Below are positions 30,729-40,032 of a stretch of 64,000 nt of DNA, piece after piece (positions within the stretch are counted from its first letter, which is position 1; each line of letters begins with the position of its first letter). A program made the translations under genes and the position numbers. Origin of the DNA: a bacterium. GTDB lineage: Bacteria > JADJOY01. Under the pieces are notes generated by a model. The model was given only the letters and a program-made list of their open reading frames with translations. It did not search any database and had not been told where the DNA came from. Location of the stretch: assembly GCA_046331705.1 (NCBI GenBank), contig JAXLQJ010000044.1, forward strand, positions 1-64,000, given 5' to 3'.

Positions 30729-30744
30729 TGGCACGGCACATGCC
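30729..30744 (+). promoter_or_regulatory. Possible sigma-54 promoter of the Y1 transposase
   Basis: TGGCACGGCACATGCC fits GG-N10-GC; the predicted start lies a few nt before ATG 30759. Confidence 0.45.
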
Positions 30745-30758
30745 ACAGCGCTTGCGCC

Positions 30759-31685
30759 ATGCCCCGACCCGTCCGCTGGCTACGACCCCACACGCGCTGG
30801 TTCGTCACATCCCGTGCGCTCGAGGCGCGCTTCCTATTGGTTCCGAGCGACGCCCTCAACCAGCGCGTGGGCTTCTGGCTCGGCCGCGCCTTGAAGCGCT
30901 TCCCCGGAATTCGAGCGCACGCGCTCTACGTGGCCTCGAACCACGTCCACGCCTGCGTCACCGATCGCGACGGATCGCTCAGCGCCTTCTTCGGCTACTT
31001 CCTCGGCCAGCTCGCCAAGGACGTCAATGCGCTCCGTGAGCGAGGAGGGCCCGTATTCCATCGGCGATTCTCGGCAGAGCCGATCCTCGACGACGAAGCG
31101 GTCGCCGAGCGCATCGCGTACCTGGTCTGCAACCCGATCGAGGATCGCTTACTCGAAGACTGGCGCGAATGGCCCGGCGTCATGCTCTGGACGCAATCCA
31201 GCCAGCCGGAGACGTTCCGGTTCCGGCGGCTGGATACCACCGGCTACGCGATCGCCAAGCGAAGCGCCGAACGCAACGGCAAGAAGGTCAAGCAGGGCGA
31301 GTTCTTCGAGGAAGAGACGGTCACGATCTCCCCCTTCGACGCTTGCGAGAACGGTGTCCTCGATCCGAAGGTGATCGTTCGCGCGGTGAAGCATCGGGCA
31401 CAAGCGCTGCGGGAGCAGCACCGCGGCAAGGTCTATCTCGGCGTGCGGAAAATCCTTCGCCAGCAAGCGAACGACGCTCCGAAGAGCTCCGACCAGTCGC
31501 CGCGACCGCTCTGCCACACGACGCGACTCGAGCTCTGGCAGGAGTTCAAGGAGTTGTGGAAGAACCTCGTCTCGACCTACCGCGAGATCTCCGCGCGTTT
31601 CCGTCAGGGTGAGCTCAGGATCCGATTCCCTGCGTTCACCTTTCCACCCTGGCGGCCGCTGATCGTTCCCTTGCCGCGCTGCTGA
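30759..31685 (+). CDS. Y1 (HUH) tyrosine transposase, RAYT/IS200-like
   Basis: MPRPVR N-terminus, SNHVH (HUH), VFHRRF, YLVCNP (catalytic Tyr), WREWPG. Confidence 0.9.
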   Translation: MPRPVRWLRPHTRWFVTSRALEARFLLVPSDALNQRVGFWLGRALKRFPGIRAHALYVASNHVHACVTDRDGSLSAFFGYFLGQLAKDVNALRERGGPVFHRRFSAEPILDDEAVAERIAYLVCNPIEDRLLEDWREWPGVMLWTQSSQPETFRFRRLDTTGYAIAKRSAERNGKKVKQGEFFEEETVTISPFDACENGVLDPKVIVRAVKHRAQALREQHRGKVYLGVRKILRQQANDAPKSSDQSPRPLCHTTRLELWQEFKELWKNLVSTYREISARFRQGELRIRFPAFTFPPWRPLIVPLPRC

Positions 31686-31895
31686 CGACGAGGTCGATAC
31701 CGGCACCGTCGAGCACGTCCGCGAGGCCGTGAACGGACAAGGCGCGTCCCGATTGCGTGCCCGCGCGCATGCCGCCTTGCCTCTTCTCTTGGCGATTCGC
31801 CGCGCATCCGCGCGAGCGCCTTCACGCACGAGGTCTGCGCCTCAATCGCGATCGTCGGTCGCCGGCACCCCCACCCTGTGATCAAGAAGGTGGGT

Positions 31896-31927
31896 GGCAC
31901 CTCGCCCGGGGGGCACCTCGCCCGGGG
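31896..31927 (-). repeat. Tandem 16-nt repeat GGCACCTCGCCCGGGG x2 at the right end of the Y1 element
   Basis: Exact units at 31896-31911 and 31912-31927. Confidence 0.9.
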
Positions 31928-31995
31928 GCGCGCGAAACAGGCGAGCCTCGATCCGTAGCTGCGGCCCGGATCGCTCTTCCGTCACGGGACGCTCG

Positions 31996-32445
31996 TCACG
32001 CGACGAGATCGGCTCCGGGACCGGGGAAGCGGGACTTGAGCAGCTCGGCCAGGAATCGACACGCGTCGCTGGATGTGAAGATGCCGGCAAGGCGACCATC
32101 CTTGACGACGATGGCCGAGCCGATGTGGCGGGTGGCCATCGTGAGCACCACGTCGTCGAGCCGGGCGGTGGTCTCGACGACGTACGGATCGGGCCGGCAC
32201 AGGTAGCCCACCTTGATGGGCTCACCGCTGGCGTCGGCGCGTACGTTGTCGCCGAAGGCGATCAGATCGCGCTCGGACACCACTCCCACCAGCGCGTGCT
32301 GATCGCGCACCGGCACGTGGCGGATCTTGTGTTGGTGCATGAGATCCCAGGCCCGCTCGATGGGATCGTGAACGTTCACCGAGTACGGGAACGGCGTCAT
32401 GACTGCCGCCATCGACGGCATGCGATCGATCCGGTGCCAATCCAT
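31996..32445 (-). CDS. CBS domain protein
   Basis: VMTPFPYSV, IRHVPV...LVGVVSERD, IGSAIVV...LAGIFTSSD. Confidence 0.9.
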   Translation of the reverse strand: MDWHRIDRMPSMAAVMTPFPYSVNVHDPIERAWDLMHQHKIRHVPVRDQHALVGVVSERDLIAFGDNVRADASGEPIKVGYLCRPDPYVVETTARLDDVVLTMATRHIGSAIVVKDGRLAGIFTSSDACRFLAELLKSRFPGPGADLVA

Positions 32446-32449
32446 GCGA

Positions 32450-33379
32450 TCACCTCGTTTCAGGTGCTGCGTGAGCCACCGGGAGAATCTCGCCACCCAG
32501 CCGCGCAACCTCGGCGACGAGCTCGTCTCGCGACGGTGCCGTGAGGCGAACCGTAGCCCAGGTCACCCCCAATGCGGCCAGTGCGCGGACCGAATCGCGA
32601 ACGGCGTTCACGTCGAACGCGCCTGCGGCGCGCGAGCCCAAGGCGTAGCAGACATCGAGCGGCTCGGTTCGCCCGATCCGATCCGCGTGCTCACGGGCGT
32701 ACGCGATCCGCTCCGCCAGCTCCGCGTGGCTCTCGATGGCGGCGGTGCGCGTGTGCGCGGCCGACGCCGAGGGATTGGGAAAGGGCGACCAGCCATCGCC
32801 GCGCTCGACCGCCCGCCGGATCGCTTGCTGGCTGTTTCCCCCGACCCAGATCGGCGGGTGTGGCCGCTGCAGCGGGCGCGGCGCGAGCACGTTGCCGACG
32901 GCACGGAAATACCGCCCTTCGAGGTAAATCTCCTCGCCGGACCACGCGCGGCGAATGGCGTCGATGGATTCGTCGGTGATGGCGGCGCGGTTCTCGAAGT
33001 CGGCGCCCAGGGCCGCGAACTCGCTGCGCAGATAGCCGGCAGCCACACCCAGGATCATCCGGCCGCCGGAGAGCACGTCGAGGCTCGCCGCGGCGCGCGC
33101 CACCAGAAACGGGTTGCGGTACGGCAGCACGAGGATGTGGGTGTGCAGGCGCAGTCGGGTGGTGGCGGCGGCGGCGAACGACAGCGCCACGAACGGATCG
33201 AGGGCGTGGTGACCGCCCTCACGCACCCAGCGGGCGAGCGGAAACGGATGGTCCGTGACGTAGCAGGCGTCGAACCCGACGCGCTCGGCAGCGGAGGCCA
33301 CCTCGGCGATCGCCGCCGCGCTCAGGAACTCGTCGCCGTGCTCGACGTCGAAGAGGGGGAGTCCCAGCGAGATCCGCAT
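32450..33379 (-). CDS. LLM-class (probably F420-dependent) oxidoreductase
   Basis: AERVGFDACYVTDH, LDPFVALSFAAAATTRLRL, SLDVLSGGR, PLQRPHPPIWVGG. Confidence 0.92.
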   Translation of the reverse strand: MRISLGLPLFDVEHGDEFLSAAAIAEVASAAERVGFDACYVTDHPFPLARWVREGGHHALDPFVALSFAAAATTRLRLHTHILVLPYRNPFLVARAAASLDVLSGGRMILGVAAGYLRSEFAALGADFENRAAITDESIDAIRRAWSGEEIYLEGRYFRAVGNVLAPRPLQRPHPPIWVGGNSQQAIRRAVERGDGWSPFPNPSASAAHTRTAAIESHAELAERIAYAREHADRIGRTEPLDVCYALGSRAAGAFDVNAVRDSVRALAALGVTWATVRLTAPSRDELVAEVARLGGEILPVAHAAPETR

Positions 33380-33440
33380 GGTGGTTGCGCGTGTTGCGGG
33401 TATTTCCGCGATTGCGCTCTACACCACCGTCCGTGCCCGT

Positions 33441-36400
33441 TCAATGGAAATCGCGGCTCGCGACCCGCGTGGGCGCCCGCAGCGAGCGCGGCGACCAGAG
33501 CTCCTCGGCGACGATGTGCACCACGCGATCTTCCACTTGCAGCGCGCCGGTCACGCCGAGGAACGACGCGGTCCGCACCAAGGTGGCGTGGGCATCGAAG
33601 ATGCGCTTCCAGATCACCAGGTTGGCGAAACCGGTCTCGTCTTCGAGGGTCATGAACGTGACGCCGGAGGCGGTACCGGGATGCTGGCGGCAGATGACGA
33701 TGCCCGCATAGCTCACGCGCTGGCCGCCCGCCATGGCGGCGATCTCGCGTGCCGTGGGTAGGCCACGCGCGCGGAGCGTGGCACGCAACGGCTCCAGCGG
33801 ATGCGACCGCGAGCTGTGGCTGCTGGCACCGTAGTCCCAGGCGACCTGCTCGAGCGGCGTGAGCGGCGCGAAGCTCGCGCGCGCGCCACGACGATTGGGC
33901 GTGGCGAGCGGCAACGACGCGCGACGGGTGCGCACCAGCTCGCGCACCGCCCACAGGTCCTCACGGCGCGATCCACCGAGGCTCTCGAAGGCGCCTGCTT
34001 CGACGAGGGCGGTGAGCAGACGAAGGTCGAGCGCGGTGCGTTGCACGAAGTCCTCGAGCGAGGTGAACGGAGCGTCGCCGCGGACCGCGACGATGCGCTC
34101 GGCGGCATCGGCGCGAAAGCCTTTCACGTAGCGAAAGCCCATCCGCACCGCGAATGCCACCTGCGGGCGGAAGGCTCGCCCCTCCCGCAACCGATCTCCA
34201 CGCTCGGCTTCCATCTCTCCCGGTGCCGGCGGCGCCGCACGAGCGAAGCGAGTGACGTGGGGGTGGGGCCCCGTCGAGACCGCGCTCTCGACGGGGCGGG
34301 GGTCTGGAACCCGCGTGCGCGTTGCGCACGCTCCCCGCGGAAACAACGCACAATCCCAATCGCTGCTGCAGACGTCGATGGGGAGGATCGCGACGCCGTG
34401 GCGTTTGGCGTCGTCGACGATGGTGGCGGGCATGTAGAAGCCCATCGGCTGCGCGTTGAGCAGGCTGCACGTGAACTCGGCCGGATGATGGCAGCGCAGA
34501 TACGACGTGGCGTAAGCGATGAGCGCGAAGCTCGCGGCGTGGCTCTCCGGGAAGCCGTACTCGCCGAAGCCCAGGATCTGCTTGAAGATCCGCTCCGCGA
34601 ACTCGGCGGCGATGCCCTTGGCCTGCATCCGCGTGAGCAACCGCTCGCGATGCCCTTCCATGCGACCGCTGCGCCGCCAGGCCGCCATGTCGCGGCGCAA
34701 CTGATCCGCCTCGCCAGGCGTGTAGTCGGCGGCCACCACCGCGAGCCGCATGACCTGCTCCTGGAAGAGCGGCACGCCGAGCGTCTTCTCGAGCACCGGC
34801 ACCAGACACGGGTGCGGATAGGCCACCGCTTCCTCGCCTTTGCGGCGGCGCAGATACGGATGGACCATGCCGCCGGTGATCGGTCCCGGCCGCACGATGC
34901 TCACCTCCACCACCAGGTCGTAGAAGTTCTTGGGCTCGAGGCGCGGCAACATCGCCATCTGCGCCCGGCTCTCGATCTGGAACACGCCGACGGTGTCGGC
35001 GCGCTGGATCATCGCGTAGGTGTCGGGATCGTCGGCGGGAATGGTGGCGAGCGAAAGCGTGATGCCCCGGTGCCGGTACAGCAGATCGAAGCAGCGGTGC
35101 AGGTGTGTCAGCGCGCCCAAGCCGAGCAGATCGAGCTTGAAGAGCCCGAGCGCCTCGACGTCGTCCTTGTCCCACTGGATGACGGTGCGCGCCGCCATGG
35201 TGGCGTTCTCGATCGGCACCAGATCGTGGACCGGCTCGTGCCCGAGCAGGAACCCGCCCGGATGGATCGAGAGGTGGCGTGGGAAATCGAGCACCTCCCC
35301 CACCAGCTCGACGAGCCGGACGTGAAGCGGCGCCGTGGGATCGAAGCCGGCACGCTCGAGCGCGCGCACGTCGATCGTGTCCCAGTGCGAGCAGACCTTG
35401 GCCAGACGATCGAGCGCCGTCTCCGGCAAACCGAGCGCCTTGCCCACGTCGCGCACCGCCGAGCGCGCGCGGTAGCGGATGACGTTCGCCACCATGGCGG
35501 CATGGCTGCGGCCGTATTTCTCGTAGACGTGCTGGATCACCTCCTCGCGGCGCTCGTGCTCGATGTCGAGATCGATGTCGGGCGGCTCGGCCCGCTCCAC
35601 CGACAGGAAGCGCTCGAAGAGCAACCCCATCTGCACGGGATCGACGGCGGTGATGCCGAGGCAATAGCAGACCGCCGAGTTGGCGGCCGAGCCGCGCCCC
35701 TGGCAGAGGATGCCGCGCGCCCTGCAGAACTCGACGATCTCCCACATCGTGAGGAAGTAGCCGCCGTAATCGAGGAGCTCGATGACCCGAAGCTCCTGTT
35801 CGAGCTGGGCGCGCATGGGCGCGCTCACGGCGCCGCCCTCGCGCCGTGCCGCACCCTCGAACACGAGCCGGCGCAGCCACTCGCCGGTGGTGGTGCCGTC
35901 GGGCAACCGCTCCGACGGATAGCGATAGCGGATCTCGGCGAGCGAGAACGTGCAGCGCGCCGTGACCTCGTCGATGCGCGCCAGCGCCGCGGGATCGTCG
36001 GCGAAGAGTTGCTCGAAGACCGTGGGCGTCACGAGGCCGTGCTCGGCGTTGGGCTTGAGGCGATTGCCCGCGGTGGTGAGCGTCACGTGGTGACGGATGC
36101 ACGTGAGCACGTCCTGCAGCGGGCGGCGCGCGGGCGTGTGGTAGAGCACCTCGATGGCGGCGACCCGCAGCAAGCCGTAGCGCTCCGCACGCGCACGCAG
36201 CCGCGCCTCCTCGCGCACTTCCGAGGCGCGGCGATGGCGCGCGACCATCGCGTAGAGCGCGTCGCCGAACGCCTCCCCGAGCGGCCCCGCCACGGAGTCG
36301 AGCGCCGCGGGATCGTCCTCGCCCGCGGCACCCGTGAGCAGGCTGCGATCGCCGCCCCACAGCGCCAGCAACCCGCCGGCGTGGGCGCAGATCTCCTCCC

Positions 36401-36728
36401 AAGCGACGGTGCACGTGCCTTTCTCGTGACGCAGCCGGCCGCGCGTGACGAGGCGGCAGAGGTTCGCGTAACCGGCGCGATCGCGCACCAGAAGCACGAT
36501 CGTGGAGCCGTCCTCCACCGTGATCTCGGAGCCGATCACGAGCGGCACGCCGCGCTCGCGCGCCTTCGTGTGGGCGCGCACCACACCCGCCACGCCGTCG
36601 CGATCGGTGATCGCGAGAGCGGGAAGCCCCAGGCGCTGCGCTTCCTCGACCAGCTCGTCCGGATGGCTCGCTCCTTCGAGGAACGAGTAGTTGCTCTTGC
36701 ACCACAGCGCCGCACGCGCGCGCGTCAC
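33441..36728 (-). CDS. dnaE2: Error-prone DNA polymerase DnaE2 (ImuC)
   Basis: [33 protein letters not shown]-terminal SRDFH; GTG start overlaps the imuB stop. Confidence 0.97.
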   Translation of the reverse strand: MTRARAALWCKSNYSFLEGASHPDELVEEAQRLGLPALAITDRDGVAGVVRAHTKARERGVPLVIGSEITVEDGSTIVLLVRDRAGYANLCRLVTRGRLRHEKGTCTVAWEEICAHAGGLLALWGGDRSLLTGAAGEDDPAALDSVAGPLGEAFGDALYAMVARHRRASEVREEARLRARAERYGLLRVAAIEVLYHTPARRPLQDVLTCIRHHVTLTTAGNRLKPNAEHGLVTPTVFEQLFADDPAALARIDEVTARCTFSLAEIRYRYPSERLPDGTTTGEWLRRLVFEGAARREGGAVSAPMRAQLEQELRVIELLDYGGYFLTMWEIVEFCRARGILCQGRGSAANSAVCYCLGITAVDPVQMGLLFERFLSVERAEPPDIDLDIEHERREEVIQHVYEKYGRSHAAMVANVIRYRARSAVRDVGKALGLPETALDRLAKVCSHWDTIDVRALERAGFDPTAPLHVRLVELVGEVLDFPRHLSIHPGGFLLGHEPVHDLVPIENATMAARTVIQWDKDDVEALGLFKLDLLGLGALTHLHRCFDLLYRHRGITLSLATIPADDPDTYAMIQRADTVGVFQIESRAQMAMLPRLEPKNFYDLVVEVSIVRPGPITGGMVHPYLRRRKGEEAVAYPHPCLVPVLEKTLGVPLFQEQVMRLAVVAADYTPGEADQLRRDMAAWRRSGRMEGHRERLLTRMQAKGIAAEFAERIFKQILGFGEYGFPESHAASFALIAYATSYLRCHHPAEFTCSLLNAQPMGFYMPATIVDDAKRHGVAILPIDVCSSDWDCALFPRGACATRTRVPDPRPVESAVSTGPHPHVTRFARAAPPAPGEMEAERGDRLREGRAFRPQVAFAVRMGFRYVKGFRADAAERIVAVRGDAPFTSLEDFVQRTALDLRLLTALVEAGAFESLGGSRREDLWAVRELVRTRRASLPLATPNRRGARASFAPLTPLEQVAWDYGASSHSSRSHPLEPLRATLRARGLPTAREIAAMAGGQRVSYAGIVICRQHPGTASGVTFMTLEDETGFANLVIWKRIFDAHATLVRTASFLGVTGALQVEDRVVHIVAEELWSPRSLRAPTRVASRDFH
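34218..34344 (+). repeat. Multi-hairpin palindromic (REP/MITE-like) element, copy A, in frame inside dnaE2
   Basis: The first 58 nt match 62547-62604 at 53/58 positions; the downstream GACGGGGCGGGGG.CTGGAAC and CCCCG.GGAAAC are also shared. Confidence 0.88.
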
Positions 36729-38221
36729 GACACTTCCCCGTGGAGGAAGAAACGGCGCCGGCGACGATCGTAGAAGACCCAGAGCAATGCCCCGCGCGTG
36801 GTGAGCGCGAACAGGTACTCGCGATGGATCTCGCGGATCCACCACCCACCCGAGAGGATGTGCGGACCGACCAGCTTGGTGACCGCGCCGTGCGACGGGC
36901 CGCGCACCAGCCAGCCGTCGTCGCGAAGCGCGCGCGGAACGGCGGGCAGCGGGACGGGCTTGGCGTAGACGTGACGCACCAGTGGACGCGGCAGCCGCGA
37001 GACCGCGATCGCCCGCGGCGCGCGCACGGAGTCGATCGGCTCCCACGCGAAGCTCGCTTCCGGCAGGTGGCCCGCGCGCAGCACCGCGCGCACCACCGCT
37101 TGCTCACCGATCTCGGCACGCAAGCGAGCGAGGGCGCGATTGGCCGCGGCGAGATCGCGCCGGGGCTGGATCGTGAAGAGCCCGAGCTGCTCCTTGGTGG
37201 CGGGGACGCCGTCCGCTTCCAGCTCGATCTCGGCGACGCCGGCGGCGAGCGTCATCGATTCGAGGCGCAGGCGCACCAGATCGAGGATCTCGGTGACCTC
37301 GAGGGTGGGGACCGCCGGCCGGAGCTCCGCCGTGTGCGTGCCCTGGCGCCGATCGAGCACCAAGCGCACGTGGAGCGCGGCCAGCACCCAAGCCCGGCGC
37401 ACGAGCGCCGCGAGCAGCGGGTGCAGCATGCGCTTCACCCCGAACAGGAGCCGGGTGTGATCGCTCTCGGGGTCGTCGAGGACGAGCCGCTCGATCAACG
37501 GCTCGACGTACGCGATGGGTTGTAACGGCGGCGCGAGCTCGCCCGTGGCGAGCCGGTGCAAGCGATGGGCGCGCTCGTCGAAACGCGCGAGCAGATCTCC
37601 CGCTGGCAGCGACAGAAACCCCGCGACGGTGGTGATGCCGAGCTTGGCGAGCAGGTCGCGTAGCTCGGGATCGAGATCGAGCAGCCGGAGCGCCACCTCG
37701 CCGGCCGCCGCGCGCTCTTCCACCTCGCTCGCGAACACCTGGTTCTCGCGCCGCGAACGCGCCACGGCGTAGGTACCGAAGCGCGAGAACCCGACCACCA
37801 CCACCGCCCGGAGCGCCAGCGTGCGCGAGAGCTCTTCGCGTAGCGCTCGTGCCCACCGTTCGAGCGAGGGATGGAGGCGCTCGAGCCCCGTGGCGCCGAG
37901 CCAGAAGACGCCTTCCTCGGGCGCGGTCTCGACGTCGGGCGTGAACCGCCACAGGCATTCGAGGATGCGCGTGCGCGCGTCCCGGACCTCGTCGTTCGAG
38001 ATCTCGCCGGCACGCAGCCCCGGCACCAGCGCCAGCCCCACGGCATAACGCTGCCCGGGCAGGATGCCCCCGCTTCGCGCCGCGCGGTTCACCCACAGGA
38101 TCTCGCCCTGGGGCTTGTCCTCGCTGACCACCGCGGCCGGCAGCTCCGCCCAGCCTGGATGCCTTCGCAGCAGGAGCTGGAGCGGAAACGCGGCGACGCT
38201 AACGCAGGCCACTCGGCCCAC
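36725..38221 (-). CDS. imuB: ImuB, Y-family polymerase-like protein
   Basis: [39 protein letters not shown]...REY; AGGAG SD; located between imuA and dnaE2. Confidence 0.93.
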   Translation of the reverse strand: MGRVACVSVAAFPLQLLLRRHPGWAELPAAVVSEDKPQGEILWVNRAARSGGILPGQRYAVGLALVPGLRAGEISNDEVRDARTRILECLWRFTPDVETAPEEGVFWLGATGLERLHPSLERWARALREELSRTLALRAVVVVGFSRFGTYAVARSRRENQVFASEVEERAAAGEVALRLLDLDPELRDLLAKLGITTVAGFLSLPAGDLLARFDERAHRLHRLATGELAPPLQPIAYVEPLIERLVLDDPESDHTRLLFGVKRMLHPLLAALVRRAWVLAALHVRLVLDRRQGTHTAELRPAVPTLEVTEILDLVRLRLESMTLAAGVAEIELEADGVPATKEQLGLFTIQPRRDLAAANRALARLRAEIGEQAVVRAVLRAGHLPEASFAWEPIDSVRAPRAIAVSRLPRPLVRHVYAKPVPLPAVPRALRDDGWLVRGPSHGAVTKLVGPHILSGGWWIREIHREYLFALTTRGALLWVFYDRRRRRFFLHGEVS

Positions 38222-38837
38222 GACACTCCTCGACGTGCGACCACGTCGGCCCGCGGCGCTTGTCCTTGAGAATGCCGAGCGTGCAACGAAACCGGTCGAC
38301 CGCCGTCCATTCCCGTGATCCTTGGGCACGCAGCGAGACCAGCGAGCCGAGCGAGGGCGCCCGCTCGTCCTTCTCGGTCAGGCACACCAGCGCCGTGTGG
38401 TGGCGCTGCGCGAGGCCGAGCAGCCGCGATTGCAGCGGCGACGCGATCACCGCCTCCTTGCCGAGGTGCAAGACCACCAGCGCGAACGCGCCCGAGCGCG
38501 CGAGCCGCTCTGCGGCGGTCGCCACCGAGACACGGCGGCTCGCGACCGGCACCCGCACCACCACCAGCGATTCGAGATCGACTCCGCTCTCGGCGACGTC
38601 GGGCGGATAAAACGAGCTCTCGTCGCTCGTCACCCAGCCGGCGAGCTCGCCCTGGCGCTGCGCGTCCAGCACCAGTCCCACGGCGAGCGTCAGCGCGGCG
38701 CTCGCTTCGGCACCGGCGATCTCCACCAGCCGCCCCGCCAGCTCCTCCACCTCGAAGCGCGCGGGACGCCCGCGCGACGGAAACGCCTGATCGCCAAAGC
38801 GAACCGAGGAAGGCAAGGATGCGAGCTGCAACGCCAT
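38199..38837 (-). CDS. imuA: ImuA, RecA-like protein
   Basis: GRLVEIAG...LTLA, FYPPD...GVDLESLVVV, RSGAFALVVL. Confidence 0.88.
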   Translation of the reverse strand: MALQLASLPSSVRFGDQAFPSRGRPARFEVEELAGRLVEIAGAEASAALTLAVGLVLDAQRQGELAGWVTSDESSFYPPDVAESGVDLESLVVVRVPVASRRVSVATAAERLARSGAFALVVLHLGKEAVIASPLQSRLLGLAQRHHTALVCLTEKDERAPSLGSLVSLRAQGSREWTAVDRFRCTLGILKDKRRGPTWSHVEECRGPSGLR

Positions 38838-38912
38838 GGGACGCTTTCGACACGAGACCTGGGCTTTCGAGGTTCGGGAACTGCGGAGTCGATGCGAGCG
38901 CGTCCTCGAGCC

Positions 38913-39545
38913 TCAAGCCTCGGGCCGCCCGAGAACCTTTCCGTCGGGCTCGTAGCCGCGCCGGAACATGATGCTGATGCGCGGCCCAGCGCGCGCGAGC
39001 TTGGGCACACCATGAAGCCAATCCACGTGCACGGTGCCGCCCAGCACCACCAGATCGCCCCAGCCGAGCCGGAAGGTGGCGGAGCGCCCACCCGCCTTGG
39101 GGCGCAGCATGAAAGGACGTGGATCGCCCACCGACACGATGGCCAGCGGATCGAGCCGATTCTCCGCCGGCAGATGATCCGCATGGGGCGCGACGCTGTC
39201 CGCGCCGTCCCGGTAGAGATTGCAGCTCACCCACGGAAAGGCACCGTCGTAGCGCTCCGCGAGCACCGCACCCAGCTCCGCGAGCACCGGATGGCCAGGG
39301 CCGTCCTCGGGAATCCGCGCGAAAAGGCGCGGCACCGCGACCACGCGGTCGTACATGGTGCGCTCACCCACGCGCCAGCGAAGCCCGTCGTGAAGCGCCG
39401 CGAAGACCTCGTCATGCCCTTCCAGCCAGGCCGGCGCGTGGTCCACCCAGGCCGTGGCATCGAGCTGGATGCGCCGGCAGCGCCTGAGCGCCCGGTCGAA
39501 CCGGACACCGTTTCCCGAGAACAGGGATTGCGCGAGCGCGATCAC
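38913..39545 (-). CDS. AlkB-like 2OG-Fe(II) dioxygenase
   Basis: MYDRVVAVPRL, NLYRDGADSVAPHAD (HxD), WLHGVPK, RISIMFR. Confidence 0.9.
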   Translation of the reverse strand: MIALAQSLFSGNGVRFDRALRRCRRIQLDATAWVDHAPAWLEGHDEVFAALHDGLRWRVGERTMYDRVVAVPRLFARIPEDGPGHPVLAELGAVLAERYDGAFPWVSCNLYRDGADSVAPHADHLPAENRLDPLAIVSVGDPRPFMLRPKAGGRSATFRLGWGDLVVLGGTVHVDWLHGVPKLARAGPRISIMFRRGYEPDGKVLGRPEA

Positions 39546-39559
39546 GGAGTCTCAGCATA

Positions 39560-39575
39560 GTGAACATATTTTCAC
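39560..39575. promoter_or_regulatory. Probable LexA/SOS-like operator
   Basis: GTGAACATATTTTCAC inverted repeat (GAAC-N4-GTTC with one mismatch) next to a TATGCT -10 element, 15 nt upstream of the mutasome operon. Confidence 0.6.
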
Positions 39576-39660
39576 CTGTCCACCGCGACCGAGCAACAAC
39601 GGAACTAGGCTGATAACTAGAATGATTTCGATGCTTTGCAGAATTCATGATGTTGATGTC

Positions 39661-39918
39661 ATGAAATCACGAGCCACTCAGCGAACTCAGGTGTACCTGC
39701 CCCCCGAGCTTCACCAGCGTGCCCGAGTGCTCGGATTGCGCACCCGTCGAAGCCTCACGAGCCTGGTGCGCGTGGCGCTCGAACGATACGTGGAGGAAGC
39801 CGAAGCGAGCGCGCGATCCGCGCCTGCACCCGATCCCATCGATTCCCTGATCGGGTTCGTGAGCGCCGGTGGGCATGCTCGCGTGACGCACGACGACGAG
39901 ATCCACGGCGAGCCATGA
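39661..39918 (+). CDS. RHH/CopG-type antitoxin (VapB-like)
   Basis: QRTQVYLPPEL...SLTSLVRVALERY; acidic tail HDDEIHG; ATGA overlap with the vapC fragment; TTCATGA-N8-TCATGAA palindrome over the start. Confidence 0.85.
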   Translation: MKSRATQRTQVYLPPELHQRARVLGLRTRRSLTSLVRVALERYVEEAEASARSAPAPDPIDSLIGFVSAGGHARVTHDDEIHGEP

Positions 39919-40025
39919 GCACCGTGTTCGTCGACACGGCGGCGTGGGTCGCGCTCTTCGACGAGCGCGACCGCGATCACCGGCGCGCCAAGTCCACGCT
40001 GCCACGAGGCGATGCAGGGATATAA
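39915..40025 (+). pseudogene. Truncated VapC/PIN toxin (36 codons)
   Basis: MSTVFVDTAAWVALFDERDRDHRRA is a canonical PIN N-terminus, followed by an early TAA. Not in the ORF track. Confidence 0.85.
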
Positions 40026-40032
40026 TCGGGCG

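Larger units (their letters stand above)
30528..31901 (+). mobile_element. Y1/HUH (RAYT-like) transposase locus bounded by GGTGCCACCC inverted repeats
   Basis: GGTGCCACCC at 30528-30537 and its reverse complement at 31892-31901 frame the transposase. Confidence 0.65.

Noticed and set aside
34150..34347. Intein in DnaE2
   Set aside because: Too short, with no C/S start plus HN-C/S/T end; explained by the DNA repeat.
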